Source: a virus
Strand: one strand, 5' to 3'
Length of the DNA: 64,000 nucleotides
IMG/VR virus record: IMGVR_UViG_3300012953_000014
Span: 64,001 to 128,000 of that record
The notes under the pieces were generated by a model, which was not told where the DNA came from, ran no database searches, and worked only from the letters and a program-made list of their open reading frames with translations. The number at the start of each line of letters is the position of its first letter. Within the stretch, counting starts at the first letter, position 1. Both the position numbers and the translations under genes were made by a program. Positions 18,598-26,425 of the stretch are shown here, in pieces.

Positions 18598-18840
18598 TTA
18601 TTTTCTCCCCCTAAATAGTACAACAAGTACAAGAAGAGAAACTAGACCAGCAAAGCCGCTTGAACCAATATCGTTAACAAGCTTAGTAATGTTGCCAATC
18701 ACTCCCATTCCAAAAATACCTTGGCCGTAAATAACTTCAACCAAAATAGCAAGAGCGACGAGATTCATAACAACGCCAGTGATTCCGGCTACGCCTTCAC
18801 CGACTTTTTCAAAAATGTCTTTGATTTCCAAATCTTTCAT
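18598..18840 (-). CDS. Small membrane protein
   Basis: 80 aa, hydrophobic helices, basic C-terminus, GGAGGTG RBS. Confidence 0.7.
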   Translation of the reverse strand: MKDLEIKDIFEKVGEGVAGITGVVMNLVALAILVEVIYGQGIFGMGVIGNITKLVNDIGSSGFAGLVSLLVLVVLFRGRK

Positions 18841-18856
18841 AATATATCACCTCCTT

Positions 18857-18865
18857 ATAAATAGT
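18857..18865 (-). promoter_or_regulatory. Putative late-promoter box ACTATTTAT
   Basis: Recurrent motif at the boundary between SbcCD and the lysis/head genes. Confidence 0.65.
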
Positions 18866-18875
18866 TTCTTTTTTA

Positions 18876-21800
18876 TTAACAGTTCACATTTGCATAACCA
18901 TTTTTCTTTTCTATATTAATAACAGAATCAGCAGAGTCTTTTAGGCTATCTAAATGCGAAATAAGCATAACTGTTTTGAAAACTGATTTTACAATATCAA
19001 GAATTCTAGTAAAACCTTCCATCCTCTCTTCGTCTAAAGCAGTACCAGGTTCATCAAGAATGAATACTTGACTCCTGGGGATAGTAGAGACCGCTATGAA
19101 TGCTAATCGGATTGCCATTGCGGACACTGTCTTTTCAGCACCGCTGGCCATTTCCAATGGACTCGGATCCCTATTTGGGTGTTTTATATATATGTCCAAG
19201 CGATTATCCTCAGTTTCAAAAAACACTTCAAAGTCTACCACATTAGCAAGGACTTTTGAAATTTCAGAGTTGATTACTGGTAGGCTCTTTTTGATAATGT
19301 CATATGCGATTCCGTTTGGATGCATCGCCCTCATATAAAGATCGTAAGCCTCATATTCATTTTGAGCCTGTTCTTTATTTTCTTTTTGCTCTTTCAGGTT
19401 TTCAATCTTTTGCTCATAATATCCATGACTTTTATAAAGATCCAATAATATATCTTCACACTGTTCTAGATCTTTATTATTTTCTTCAAGTTCTTTTTGC
19501 TTGTCGTTTGTCTGTAAGATGATCTCATTAATGTTTTCGATCACCTCTTTGTTTTCTTCGTAAAGTTTTTCTTTTGCGACCAAATCTTTCAATTCAAGTT
19601 CTGCAATGGACTTTTTTGATTGAAGGTTTTCCAATATTAAGAAAGAGCCTTTAGAATCTAACTCTAACTGGTTTTTGATGCTCAAGAACTTTTCAAACTT
19701 ACTTAAGTTTTCTACCACACCTTCGATGCCTAGCTGGTCTGCTGAGCGTTGTAAGGCTGCTTTTGTATTCCCATCCTTAACTGTTGATAGCTGGACAAGG
19801 CTTACTTTGTCTTTTGCTTCATATGCCCCCTTGATAAACTTACAATGAGAATATTCCTGTCCACATGGCACTTCATCCAACAAACCAATCTGCTTATTTA
19901 AGCGATCGATTTGACTTTTATCATTTTTAATTTGCCTTGTTATTTCATCAATCTGTTCAGAGATATCAGAATGCTTTTGTTTTTTAGAAGTTAAAAGTTC
20001 AACATCAAAACTTTTCACAAATTTATTTGCTTTTTTTATTTTATCTGTGGTTTTTACGGTGTTTTCTTTCTCATTTGAGATTTCCTTTCCTAAAGTTGCA
20101 ATCTTGTTCTTGTGTTTTTCAATACCAAGCTTTACTTCAGATATGTTTATAATCTCTGTTGGGGCTGATTTTACTTTATCTTCAAGAGAAGCGATTGTAT
20201 CTTTTGTAGTTTCAATGTTCCCTTTTAATCTTTTGCATTGAGATTTTCTAGCTTCGGTGATGGCCTCGTTATTTAGTAGTTCTTTTTTAAGTTTTTTAAT
20301 CTCAACATCATGATCTACGTTGTCTAAATTTTTTATTGAAGCTTTCAGCTCGGCAGCATCATCTTTGGCGGTTTTGAACTTTTTATCAAGCAAGTCAAGA
20401 TCTAGGAACTTAGCTAGGATTTCTTTTCTCTTTGTTGAACCTTCGTTGATAAAAACTAAAGACCCTAGCTGAGATGACATTGAGGTTAAGAGGAAATCTT
20501 CAATGGTTCCAAAGTACTTAATAATATTTTTATCAGTATCTGATCTTGTCAGGCCATTTAGTGATTTAGATTCTTCAGTCACAACATCATAACAGGAAAA
20601 ATCTAAAAATGTTTTTGCCTCGACTGTCTCGTTTCCTTTTAGCTTCTTAAGGTATTTTTCTACCTTGCGATATATTGTGTATACTTTGTTGCCTCGGCGA
20701 ATCTTGACTCTTCCAGAACCAGCCTCTTTGTCATTGTTAACTATGTTCAAGTTCTTGCGAGAATTTTTTGAAATTGAGTTATAGATCGTAAACAAAAGTG
20801 AGTCGACAATGCTCGACTTACCGGAGAAGTTTTTGCCAAAAATACCAGTGATTCCAACATATTTTGTAAAATCCAAACGATTACTTTCACCATAATTAAA
20901 AAGGTTATCCCACTCAAGTTCAAGAATCTCATAGTTTGTGTTCCTGTAAGTCTCGTCATTTTGTTCAGCTATTTGGTTGTATTTTTTATTGAGATCTAAA
21001 ACTCGCTTATCAAGCTCATTTGATATCTTATAATCTTCCAAATACTCTCTAATGAGTTTTTCTTGAACTGCAATATCTCTTAAATCGTCTCTCCTAAAAT
21101 CATCTGATACTTCAACACCATCTGTGGAGATTGCGCGATTGATAACCGAAACTGACTCTGGCTTGAATCTTTTCTTAGCTACATCAACGGCTTTTTTTAG
21201 GGCAGTTGATGAAATACTATTCTCAACAACCAATCTAACACGGGCACCTTCAGGTACAGCTTTTGTGGGTAGCTTCCCACCCTTTGTCAAGTGAATTGAA
21301 ATAAATGGTTTGGAGCTTGTATATAAAAATGGTTCGCAAGTAAAGTCTTTTTTATTCTTTATATCCCAAAGCAAAAAACCTTTGTGTTCTGATTCACCAA
21401 AGTTCTGTTGAACCGTTGAGCCCGCATATCTAATGCGTCCGGCTTTATCGAGCTTTTGATTCTCTAAGTGAATGTCACCAAGCATTGCATAATCAAAATC
21501 TTTAAAGATTGACATGTCATTTTCGCCGTGTTCCATTTTCCAACCAATGTCTGTTGTACATCCTGTAATAGAACCATGATAGAGTGCAATATTTGTTCTC
21601 GATTTGCTCGCGGGTTTGGCCCAGTTATCAACGTCGAACACTGAAAGTACATTCAGGGCGAAATCCTTGTGGATGATTGTTTCCCCAGAATTTTTTAGAA
21701 GGTGTAGATTTTTGTGATCCAACGCATCAGCGATTGGAGTAATAGAATCTTGTCTGTTTCCATTTCTTAAGTTACCGTCATGATTTCCTAATATAACATA

Positions 21801-22019
21801 TGTCGGTGCAATATCCGCCAGGCTTGAAAGAAAGTTTGATGCCATTTCCACATACTCTGGTGAGATTTGTGTCTTTGTGTGGCATATATCTCCGCAATGA
21901 ATAATAAAATCTACCTTCTCTTTTTTAAGATCCGAATAGATTTTATTAAATATTTCTTTGTATTCTTTATGATATTTTAAGTTGCGGATATGGGTATCCG
22001 CAATGTGAGCAAACTTCAT
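18876..22019 (-). CDS. Fused SbcD(Mre11/gp47)-SbcC(Rad50/gp46) recombination nuclease
   Basis: Phosphoesterase HIADTH, HCGD, GNHD, LGDIH; Walker A GKNFSGKSS, coiled coil, ASGAEK signature, FILDEP, ISH. Confidence 0.92.
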   Translation of the reverse strand: MKFAHIADTHIRNLKYHKEYKEIFNKIYSDLKKEKVDFIIHCGDICHTKTQISPEYVEMASNFLSSLADIAPTYVILGNHDGNLRNGNRQDSITPIADALDHKNLHLLKNSGETIIHKDFALNVLSVFDVDNWAKPASKSRTNIALYHGSITGCTTDIGWKMEHGENDMSIFKDFDYAMLGDIHLENQKLDKAGRIRYAGSTVQQNFGESEHKGFLLWDIKNKKDFTCEPFLYTSSKPFISIHLTKGGKLPTKAVPEGARVRLVVENSISSTALKKAVDVAKKRFKPESVSVINRAISTDGVEVSDDFRRDDLRDIAVQEKLIREYLEDYKISNELDKRVLDLNKKYNQIAEQNDETYRNTNYEILELEWDNLFNYGESNRLDFTKYVGITGIFGKNFSGKSSIVDSLLFTIYNSISKNSRKNLNIVNNDKEAGSGRVKIRRGNKVYTIYRKVEKYLKKLKGNETVEAKTFLDFSCYDVVTEESKSLNGLTRSDTDKNIIKYFGTIEDFLLTSMSSQLGSLVFINEGSTKRKEILAKFLDLDLLDKKFKTAKDDAAELKASIKNLDNVDHDVEIKKLKKELLNNEAITEARKSQCKRLKGNIETTKDTIASLEDKVKSAPTEIINISEVKLGIEKHKNKIATLGKEISNEKENTVKTTDKIKKANKFVKSFDVELLTSKKQKHSDISEQIDEITRQIKNDKSQIDRLNKQIGLLDEVPCGQEYSHCKFIKGAYEAKDKVSLVQLSTVKDGNTKAALQRSADQLGIEGVVENLSKFEKFLSIKNQLELDSKGSFLILENLQSKKSIAELELKDLVAKEKLYEENKEVIENINEIILQTNDKQKELEENNKDLEQCEDILLDLYKSHGYYEQKIENLKEQKENKEQAQNEYEAYDLYMRAMHPNGIAYDIIKKSLPVINSEISKVLANVVDFEVFFETEDNRLDIYIKHPNRDPSPLEMASGAEKTVSAMAIRLAFIAVSTIPRSQVFILDEPGTALDEERMEGFTRILDIVKSVFKTVMLISHLDSLKDSADSVINIEKKNGYANVNC

Positions 22020-22027
22020 ATAATATG

Positions 22028-22056
22028 ATTATATTATATTATTGAACTAATGTCAA
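22028..22056 (-). promoter_or_regulatory. Consensus sigma70 promoter TTGACA-N17-TATAAT for SbcCD
   Basis: Minus strand TTGACA TTAGTTCAATAATATAA TATAAT CATATTAT ATG. Confidence 0.85.
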
Positions 22057-22064
22057 GGAGAAAA

Positions 22065-22445
22065 TTAAGTTCCGCGAGTGAATCTTTTTGGGTCTCTTTC
22101 TCGGGCTTTAGCCATAGATTTTAGAGAATCTTCATCGGAGACAGCGGGCTTGGGATCTTTGCGAGGATAAAGTTCCATCATCGCTTCGTTTTCAAGTCGC
22201 ATTACATCATCTCTGCTCAGGGGTGGAATCATGCCTTCATCGTCTTTTGCGCCGCCATCTGCAAGGATTCCACGCAAGCGGTCACGCATCTCCATAGGCA
22301 CAATTCTACCTTTTTCTTTCATCATGCTATGAACGCCCTTAAGCCACTCTTTAGCGCGATCATAATCTGGTGAAGCTTGTTCATTGACATGATTTTCTAG
22401 TTCTTCTTTAATAATTTGTTGTAGCTTATCTTTTGTTAGTTTCAT
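22065..22445 (-). CDS. Putative internal head protein with shared leader
   Basis: MKLTKDKLQQIIKEELENHVNE; AAGGA RBS. Confidence 0.7.
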   Translation of the reverse strand: MKLTKDKLQQIIKEELENHVNEQASPDYDRAKEWLKGVHSMMKEKGRIVPMEMRDRLRGILADGGAKDDEGMIPPLSRDDVMRLENEAMMELYPRKDPKPAVSDEDSLKSMAKARERDPKRFTRGT

Positions 22446-22466
22446 TTGTATTATCCTTTGTGTGTT

Positions 22467-22562
22467 TTAGCAACAACCTTTTTCGCATTGGCAGCAACCA
22501 CAACAACAACAACAGTGTTTACTATCAAACACTTTAATCAGTTTATGTAAAAAATTTTTCAC
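22467..22562 (-). CDS. 31-aa poly-cysteine peptide MKNFLHKLIKVFDSKHCCCCCGCCQCEKGCC (not in ORF track)
   Basis: GTG start after a GGGGTG RBS and a motif box at 22596; both TGT and TGC codons; TAA stop. Confidence 0.65.
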   Translation of the reverse strand: MKNFLHKLIKVFDSKHCCCCCGCCQCEKGCC

Positions 22563-22595
22563 TTCATCACCCCCGTTAAAATGATTGATTCTCCA

Positions 22596-22604
22596 ATAAA
22601 TAGT
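22596..22604 (-). promoter_or_regulatory. Putative late-promoter box ACTATTTAT
   Basis: Recurrent motif upstream of the poly-Cys ORF. Confidence 0.6.
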
Positions 22605-22631
22605 TCCAAGCACGAAGAAAAGTTTATATTA

Positions 22632-23384
22632 TTATTCTTTCACCCAAGTGGCGTACCACCCCTTCACATTTCTCCCTAAATGATCTAAGCTGGCTGGGGT
22701 CGCACTTTTAAAAATCAAATTGTCTATGCTGTCTATCCAAGGGCATACATTATCATGATTGATTTGGCAAATCAATTTCCCACCAGGTTTTAAAATTTCA
22801 TTAATTTTATACTTCTTAACAGCCGATTCAACACTAAAATGAAATCCAACAGCGGCCATAGAATATACTAAATCGACTTCTTCCAGTTTTGTTATCTCGT
22901 CAGTATCTAAATTAATGTTTTCATAGTTTTTAAGACCATAATAAGAAGAAAACAGATTCATCATCTTAAAGTCATTATAAGGTGATGGTTCAGCGTTTTT
23001 TTTATAACCTTGGCCTCCGGGGAAAACAGATCCGAACTCGGGTTTGGTTTTGGGATCAAAAAGTGTTCTATTAAAATCAGCTAAATAAAATTTTGTGTCT
23101 AGTAATTCATTTTTTAAATTCATGTTCACAAAGCAAGAAAAACGCCCACTACCACAACCTAAATCAACAATTTTTTTGGGTATAAAATTTTCATTACAAA
23201 TTTCTGAACTTATGCTTTCATAATCAATTATTGAAAATCTATCTAAAACTTCTTCCATAGTGTTTATTGACTTTGTCCAGGATTGCAATTGTAAACTTAT
23301 GTAATATTCAATTTCTTCTATTTGTTTCCAATACTCGTGGTCTTTGTCGTGAACAAAGTTGCTAAATGTTTTTAATTCTTTCAT
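22632..23384 (-). CDS. Class I SAM-dependent methyltransferase
   Basis: IVDLGCGSG motif I, VDLVYS, ILKPGG. Confidence 0.8.
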   Translation of the reverse strand: MKELKTFSNFVHDKDHEYWKQIEEIEYYISLQLQSWTKSINTMEEVLDRFSIIDYESISSEICNENFIPKKIVDLGCGSGRFSCFVNMNLKNELLDTKFYLADFNRTLFDPKTKPEFGSVFPGGQGYKKNAEPSPYNDFKMMNLFSSYYGLKNYENINLDTDEITKLEEVDLVYSMAAVGFHFSVESAVKKYKINEILKPGGKLICQINHDNVCPWIDSIDNLIFKSATPASLDHLGRNVKGWYATWVKE

Positions 23385-23398
23385 TATCTTCCCAAACC

Positions 23399-24310
23399 TT
23401 AATAGTAAAACTTCTCCAATAAGTAGCTGTCTAAAGAAAGAAAAGTGGCAGCTTTCTTGCGAGTCTGGAATGTTTCCTTATCCATCTCTCCAACATCTCC
23501 AAAACCCGAAGTATCAACCCTGTAAACATCCACGCCATATGACATAAATAGTTGGCTTATTTTATCTTGTTTTGCTCTTGCATCAGAATCCAATGCGATA
23601 TATACCTTGTCACAGTTATTCACAATCTTTTGAAAAATATAACTATTTTCACGCAACGTAGAGCCAAGAAGAGGAATCGCATTGCCAGCCACGATTGCAT
23701 CGAAGGCACCTTCAACAATAGTTACGTCCTGGGTCCAATCCAAATATAATTCATTAAATATGAAATCTTTCTCGGCAGGCGGGTTTTTATATTTTTGCCA
23801 CTCGCCGGGTGCATAAGATCTAGCAACAAAATAATTTATATTTCCATCCAAACCAAAAGAAGGGATTATAAGTCTTTTAGAATAAGGACCATCAGGGCAA
23901 TAACCAATCTTCCACCACACTAAATCATCTCTTGTCAGGTTTCTACCCTTAAGATATCTTCTCGCCTCCAACGATAAAGGTTTGGCCTGTTTTCCTGTTA
24001 GTGTCATAAACTCATCAGGTAATGTGACGGCAATTTTTTCCTCTTTATTTTCGTCTTTAGAAAAATCAACTACTCCGGCGATTGATTTCCATTGAGATTT
24101 ATTTTCAGGGCTTCCATAAGAATATACTAACTTGGAAACATCTTTTCCGACGTAATCACAAATCCAACACTTAAAAACATTCTTATCAAAGTTTATTGAA
24201 AGCTTTCTTCTGTGGTGTTTACATTTGGGACAATGAAAAAGAAACTCGTCTTTGGTCTTATAGAAAGAGCCCAAGAAATCTTTTATTATTCTAAGTTTTC
24301 TTTCAGACAT
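23399..24310 (-). CDS. DNA primase (Zn finger + TOPRIM)
   Basis: CPKC..FKCWIC, YLKGR, RLIIP, KYKNP, VEGAFDA, LDSD. Confidence 0.9.
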   Translation of the reverse strand: MSERKLRIIKDFLGSFYKTKDEFLFHCPKCKHHRRKLSINFDKNVFKCWICDYVGKDVSKLVYSYGSPENKSQWKSIAGVVDFSKDENKEEKIAVTLPDEFMTLTGKQAKPLSLEARRYLKGRNLTRDDLVWWKIGYCPDGPYSKRLIIPSFGLDGNINYFVARSYAPGEWQKYKNPPAEKDFIFNELYLDWTQDVTIVEGAFDAIVAGNAIPLLGSTLRENSYIFQKIVNNCDKVYIALDSDARAKQDKISQLFMSYGVDVYRVDTSGFGDVGEMDKETFQTRKKAATFLSLDSYLLEKFYY

Positions 24311-24813
24311 GCTAAACCTGCGCGGGCCATAACCAATGCATCTGCCTGATCGTAATATTTTGGTTTTGGATTTCCATGCTTTGTATATTCTACACGAAAG
24401 TCGGGTTCGTTGTCAAGAAAAAATTTCATAACCACTTCTTTAGCTTTTTGGCCACGAGTAATGGTAATCCCGCACTTCTTTCTTGCTGATATTGCTGGGA
24501 TAAACTCTGGTTTAAGTCCGAACTCCTCATAACACATCCAGGTTGTTATGCCATTAAATTTAATTAATGTTGAAATTGTATGAGAAGAGGATTTACCCGC
24601 CATAAACATGTTGAGGGCAGGTTCTATGAAAATGTGATCAATGGGATAATCTATTTCTTTTAGTTTTTCTTTAATAAATAAAGATTTAGAAAATATGTCT
24701 GGGAAATGTCTTTTGTTTCTCATATCCCAACTGCCGACTTCCATCGCCTTGCCTTTAAGATCGACGATGGCATATCCGGTGATTGATGTTGAAATGTCTA
24801 AGCCAAGAATCAT
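24286..24813 (-). CDS. RuvC-like Holliday junction resolvase
   Basis: MILGLDISTSITGYA, IFIE, DQADA acidic residues. Confidence 0.85.
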   Translation of the reverse strand: MILGLDISTSITGYAIVDLKGKAMEVGSWDMRNKRHFPDIFSKSLFIKEKLKEIDYPIDHIFIEPALNMFMAGKSSSHTISTLIKFNGITTWMCYEEFGLKPEFIPAISARKKCGITITRGQKAKEVVMKFFLDNEPDFRVEYTKHGNPKPKYYDQADALVMARAGLACLKENLE

Positions 24814-25160
24814 TAAATATTCACTTCTTCATAGCCATACTCACGACCGACTGTCAGACCCCTGATCTTGTTCAGACCTGGGATTAAGACATCATTGTAG
24901 TATGCTCGTGGATCTTTCCCACGAGGAAGAACGAAGCGAATGGTGTATTCAGCAACAAATGTTTGTTCAGTGGATGAAATCTCGTCACCTCTGGTTGCAG
25001 TTGTTACGTTGGGAATGGCTCTCATGTCATCCATGACAACAGTTCGATCAATGTCCTTTGCTTGAACAATTGACATCGTAAACTCGGCCATATATTTTTT
25101 TAACAGTTTGTCTTCGGATTCATTAACAAACTTTCGCCATTTATTAAATTCGTTTTTCAT
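24813..25160 (-). CDS. Hypothetical protein with capsid-targeting-like N-terminus
   Basis: MKNEFNKWRKFVNE; motif box immediately upstream. Confidence 0.7.
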   Translation of the reverse strand: MKNEFNKWRKFVNESEDKLLKKYMAEFTMSIVQAKDIDRTVVMDDMRAIPNVTTATRGDEISSTEQTFVAEYTIRFVLPRGKDPRAYYNDVLIPGLNKIRGLTVGREYGYEEVNI

Positions 25161-25164
25161 CACT

Positions 25165-25173
25165 ATAAATAGA
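25165..25173 (-). promoter_or_regulatory. Putative late-promoter box TCTATTTAT
   Basis: Motif variant a few nt before the start codon. Confidence 0.5.
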
Positions 25174-25184
25174 ATATTATTGTA

Positions 25185-26402
25185 TCAAAAATCTAACTTT
25201 AATTTAAATGTTAAATCATCGATTTCTCGTTTCCTTATTGGTGTCGCAAGCTTAGCTATTGCGATTAAATTTTTATTGTCATCGTATATACCAATCTTAC
25301 TGATATATGTTGTCTTTTCAAAGTCTGCGCTGCCAGAAGACCCGCTGTAAGGACTTTTTGTGATATTTTTGATTGAAAGACCGGGATTCTCTCTGTATGC
25401 AAATGAGCTGCTATAAGCTGGGCCGAGTGAACCAGATTGCCCATACTCAACAAATGTCGGATTGTTTGATTGGTTTAAGTGGCCCTTACGAGCGTGCGCT
25501 AACATTGTTACGTTCGGAACAAAGTTGGTCCCACTAAATGACATATCAAAACTGGAATATACTGCTGAAGATCCTGTTTGTCCAAAATAAACCCATCGAG
25601 GATTGTCTGCACCTACTGAAGATTCATATGTTTCAACATGTGGAGAGCCGGACTTTGTTTCAACAAGCCAAGAGCCAGTTAACATGATGATTCCATCGTT
25701 ATATAAAACAACACCAGCGATCTTGTTGGCGTTTGTACCAGAACCAGTAACACGCAGAACACCATCTTTATAGCGATCTGTTACTTCTTCCTGCACGGTT
25801 CCTGACAAAAGATATTTTAACGAGACTGTTCCTTTTTGAATTGATGAACCATAATAAATTGATGGTATATCAATAAAGCGCATTTGTTGTCGCCCTTTGT
25901 CCCAACCTTCACCCAGTGTTGAACTTAAAGCATAATAAGGACTATAAACATTATAGTTGAATAAAATATTTTCCAAAGCACCAAAAAAAGAACCTGAGCG
26001 CCTGTTTGCCGTTTTGGTTGGCGAGTTTCTGTCTATCCCAGAACCTGAAAAGGCCGGATAATAGAAAGAAGAAATACTGGAGGACATGGGGTATGAGCTT
26101 GAAAAAATATGCCCATAATCTTGTTCGTTGTAAGAAGCGGTGGTTGTTGACTTAAATGTGGTTTGATTTGAACCTTTCGACAGAAATGGGTAAATCAGAA
26201 AAGAATCTGAACGATTTACATTATATTCATAAAGATTGACACAACCAACCGGAACACCAGAAGCGGAATCAGAATATGTTCCAGCTTCACCAACATGATT
26301 GTTCAGGTAAACTGAACCCGTATAGATAAAAAGATCAACTTGAGGATGAGTCTTTAGTTGATTATAGAATACATCATTTCTACCAAATTTATAAAACGAC
26401 AT
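25185..26402 (-). CDS. Baseplate/tail-associated structural protein
   Basis: C-terminal ISKIGIYDDNKNLIAIAKLATPIRK..KLDF; paralog of the next gene; SGS-rich. Confidence 0.65.
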   Translation of the reverse strand: MSFYKFGRNDVFYNQLKTHPQVDLFIYTGSVYLNNHVGEAGTYSDSASGVPVGCVNLYEYNVNRSDSFLIYPFLSKGSNQTTFKSTTTASYNEQDYGHIFSSSYPMSSSISSFYYPAFSGSGIDRNSPTKTANRRSGSFFGALENILFNYNVYSPYYALSSTLGEGWDKGRQQMRFIDIPSIYYGSSIQKGTVSLKYLLSGTVQEEVTDRYKDGVLRVTGSGTNANKIAGVVLYNDGIIMLTGSWLVETKSGSPHVETYESSVGADNPRWVYFGQTGSSAVYSSFDMSFSGTNFVPNVTMLAHARKGHLNQSNNPTFVEYGQSGSLGPAYSSSFAYRENPGLSIKNITKSPYSGSSGSADFEKTTYISKIGIYDDNKNLIAIAKLATPIRKREIDDLTFKLKLDF

Positions 26403-26410
26403 AACTGTAA

Positions 26411-26419
26411 CTAAATAGT
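26411..26419 (-). promoter_or_regulatory. Putative late-promoter box ACTATTTAG
   Basis: Recurrent motif in a short intergenic gap. Confidence 0.55.
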
Positions 26420-26425
26420 CGTGTT

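Noticed and set aside
22497-22514. (ACA)n run as a plain microsatellite
   Set aside because: It lies in an ORF with an RBS and further non-repeat Cys codons, so it was reported as coding instead.
23346-23384. Methyltransferase N-terminus MKELKTFSNFV as a capsid-targeting leader
   Set aside because: Lacks the terminal hydrophobic-x-E site and has no late-type box.
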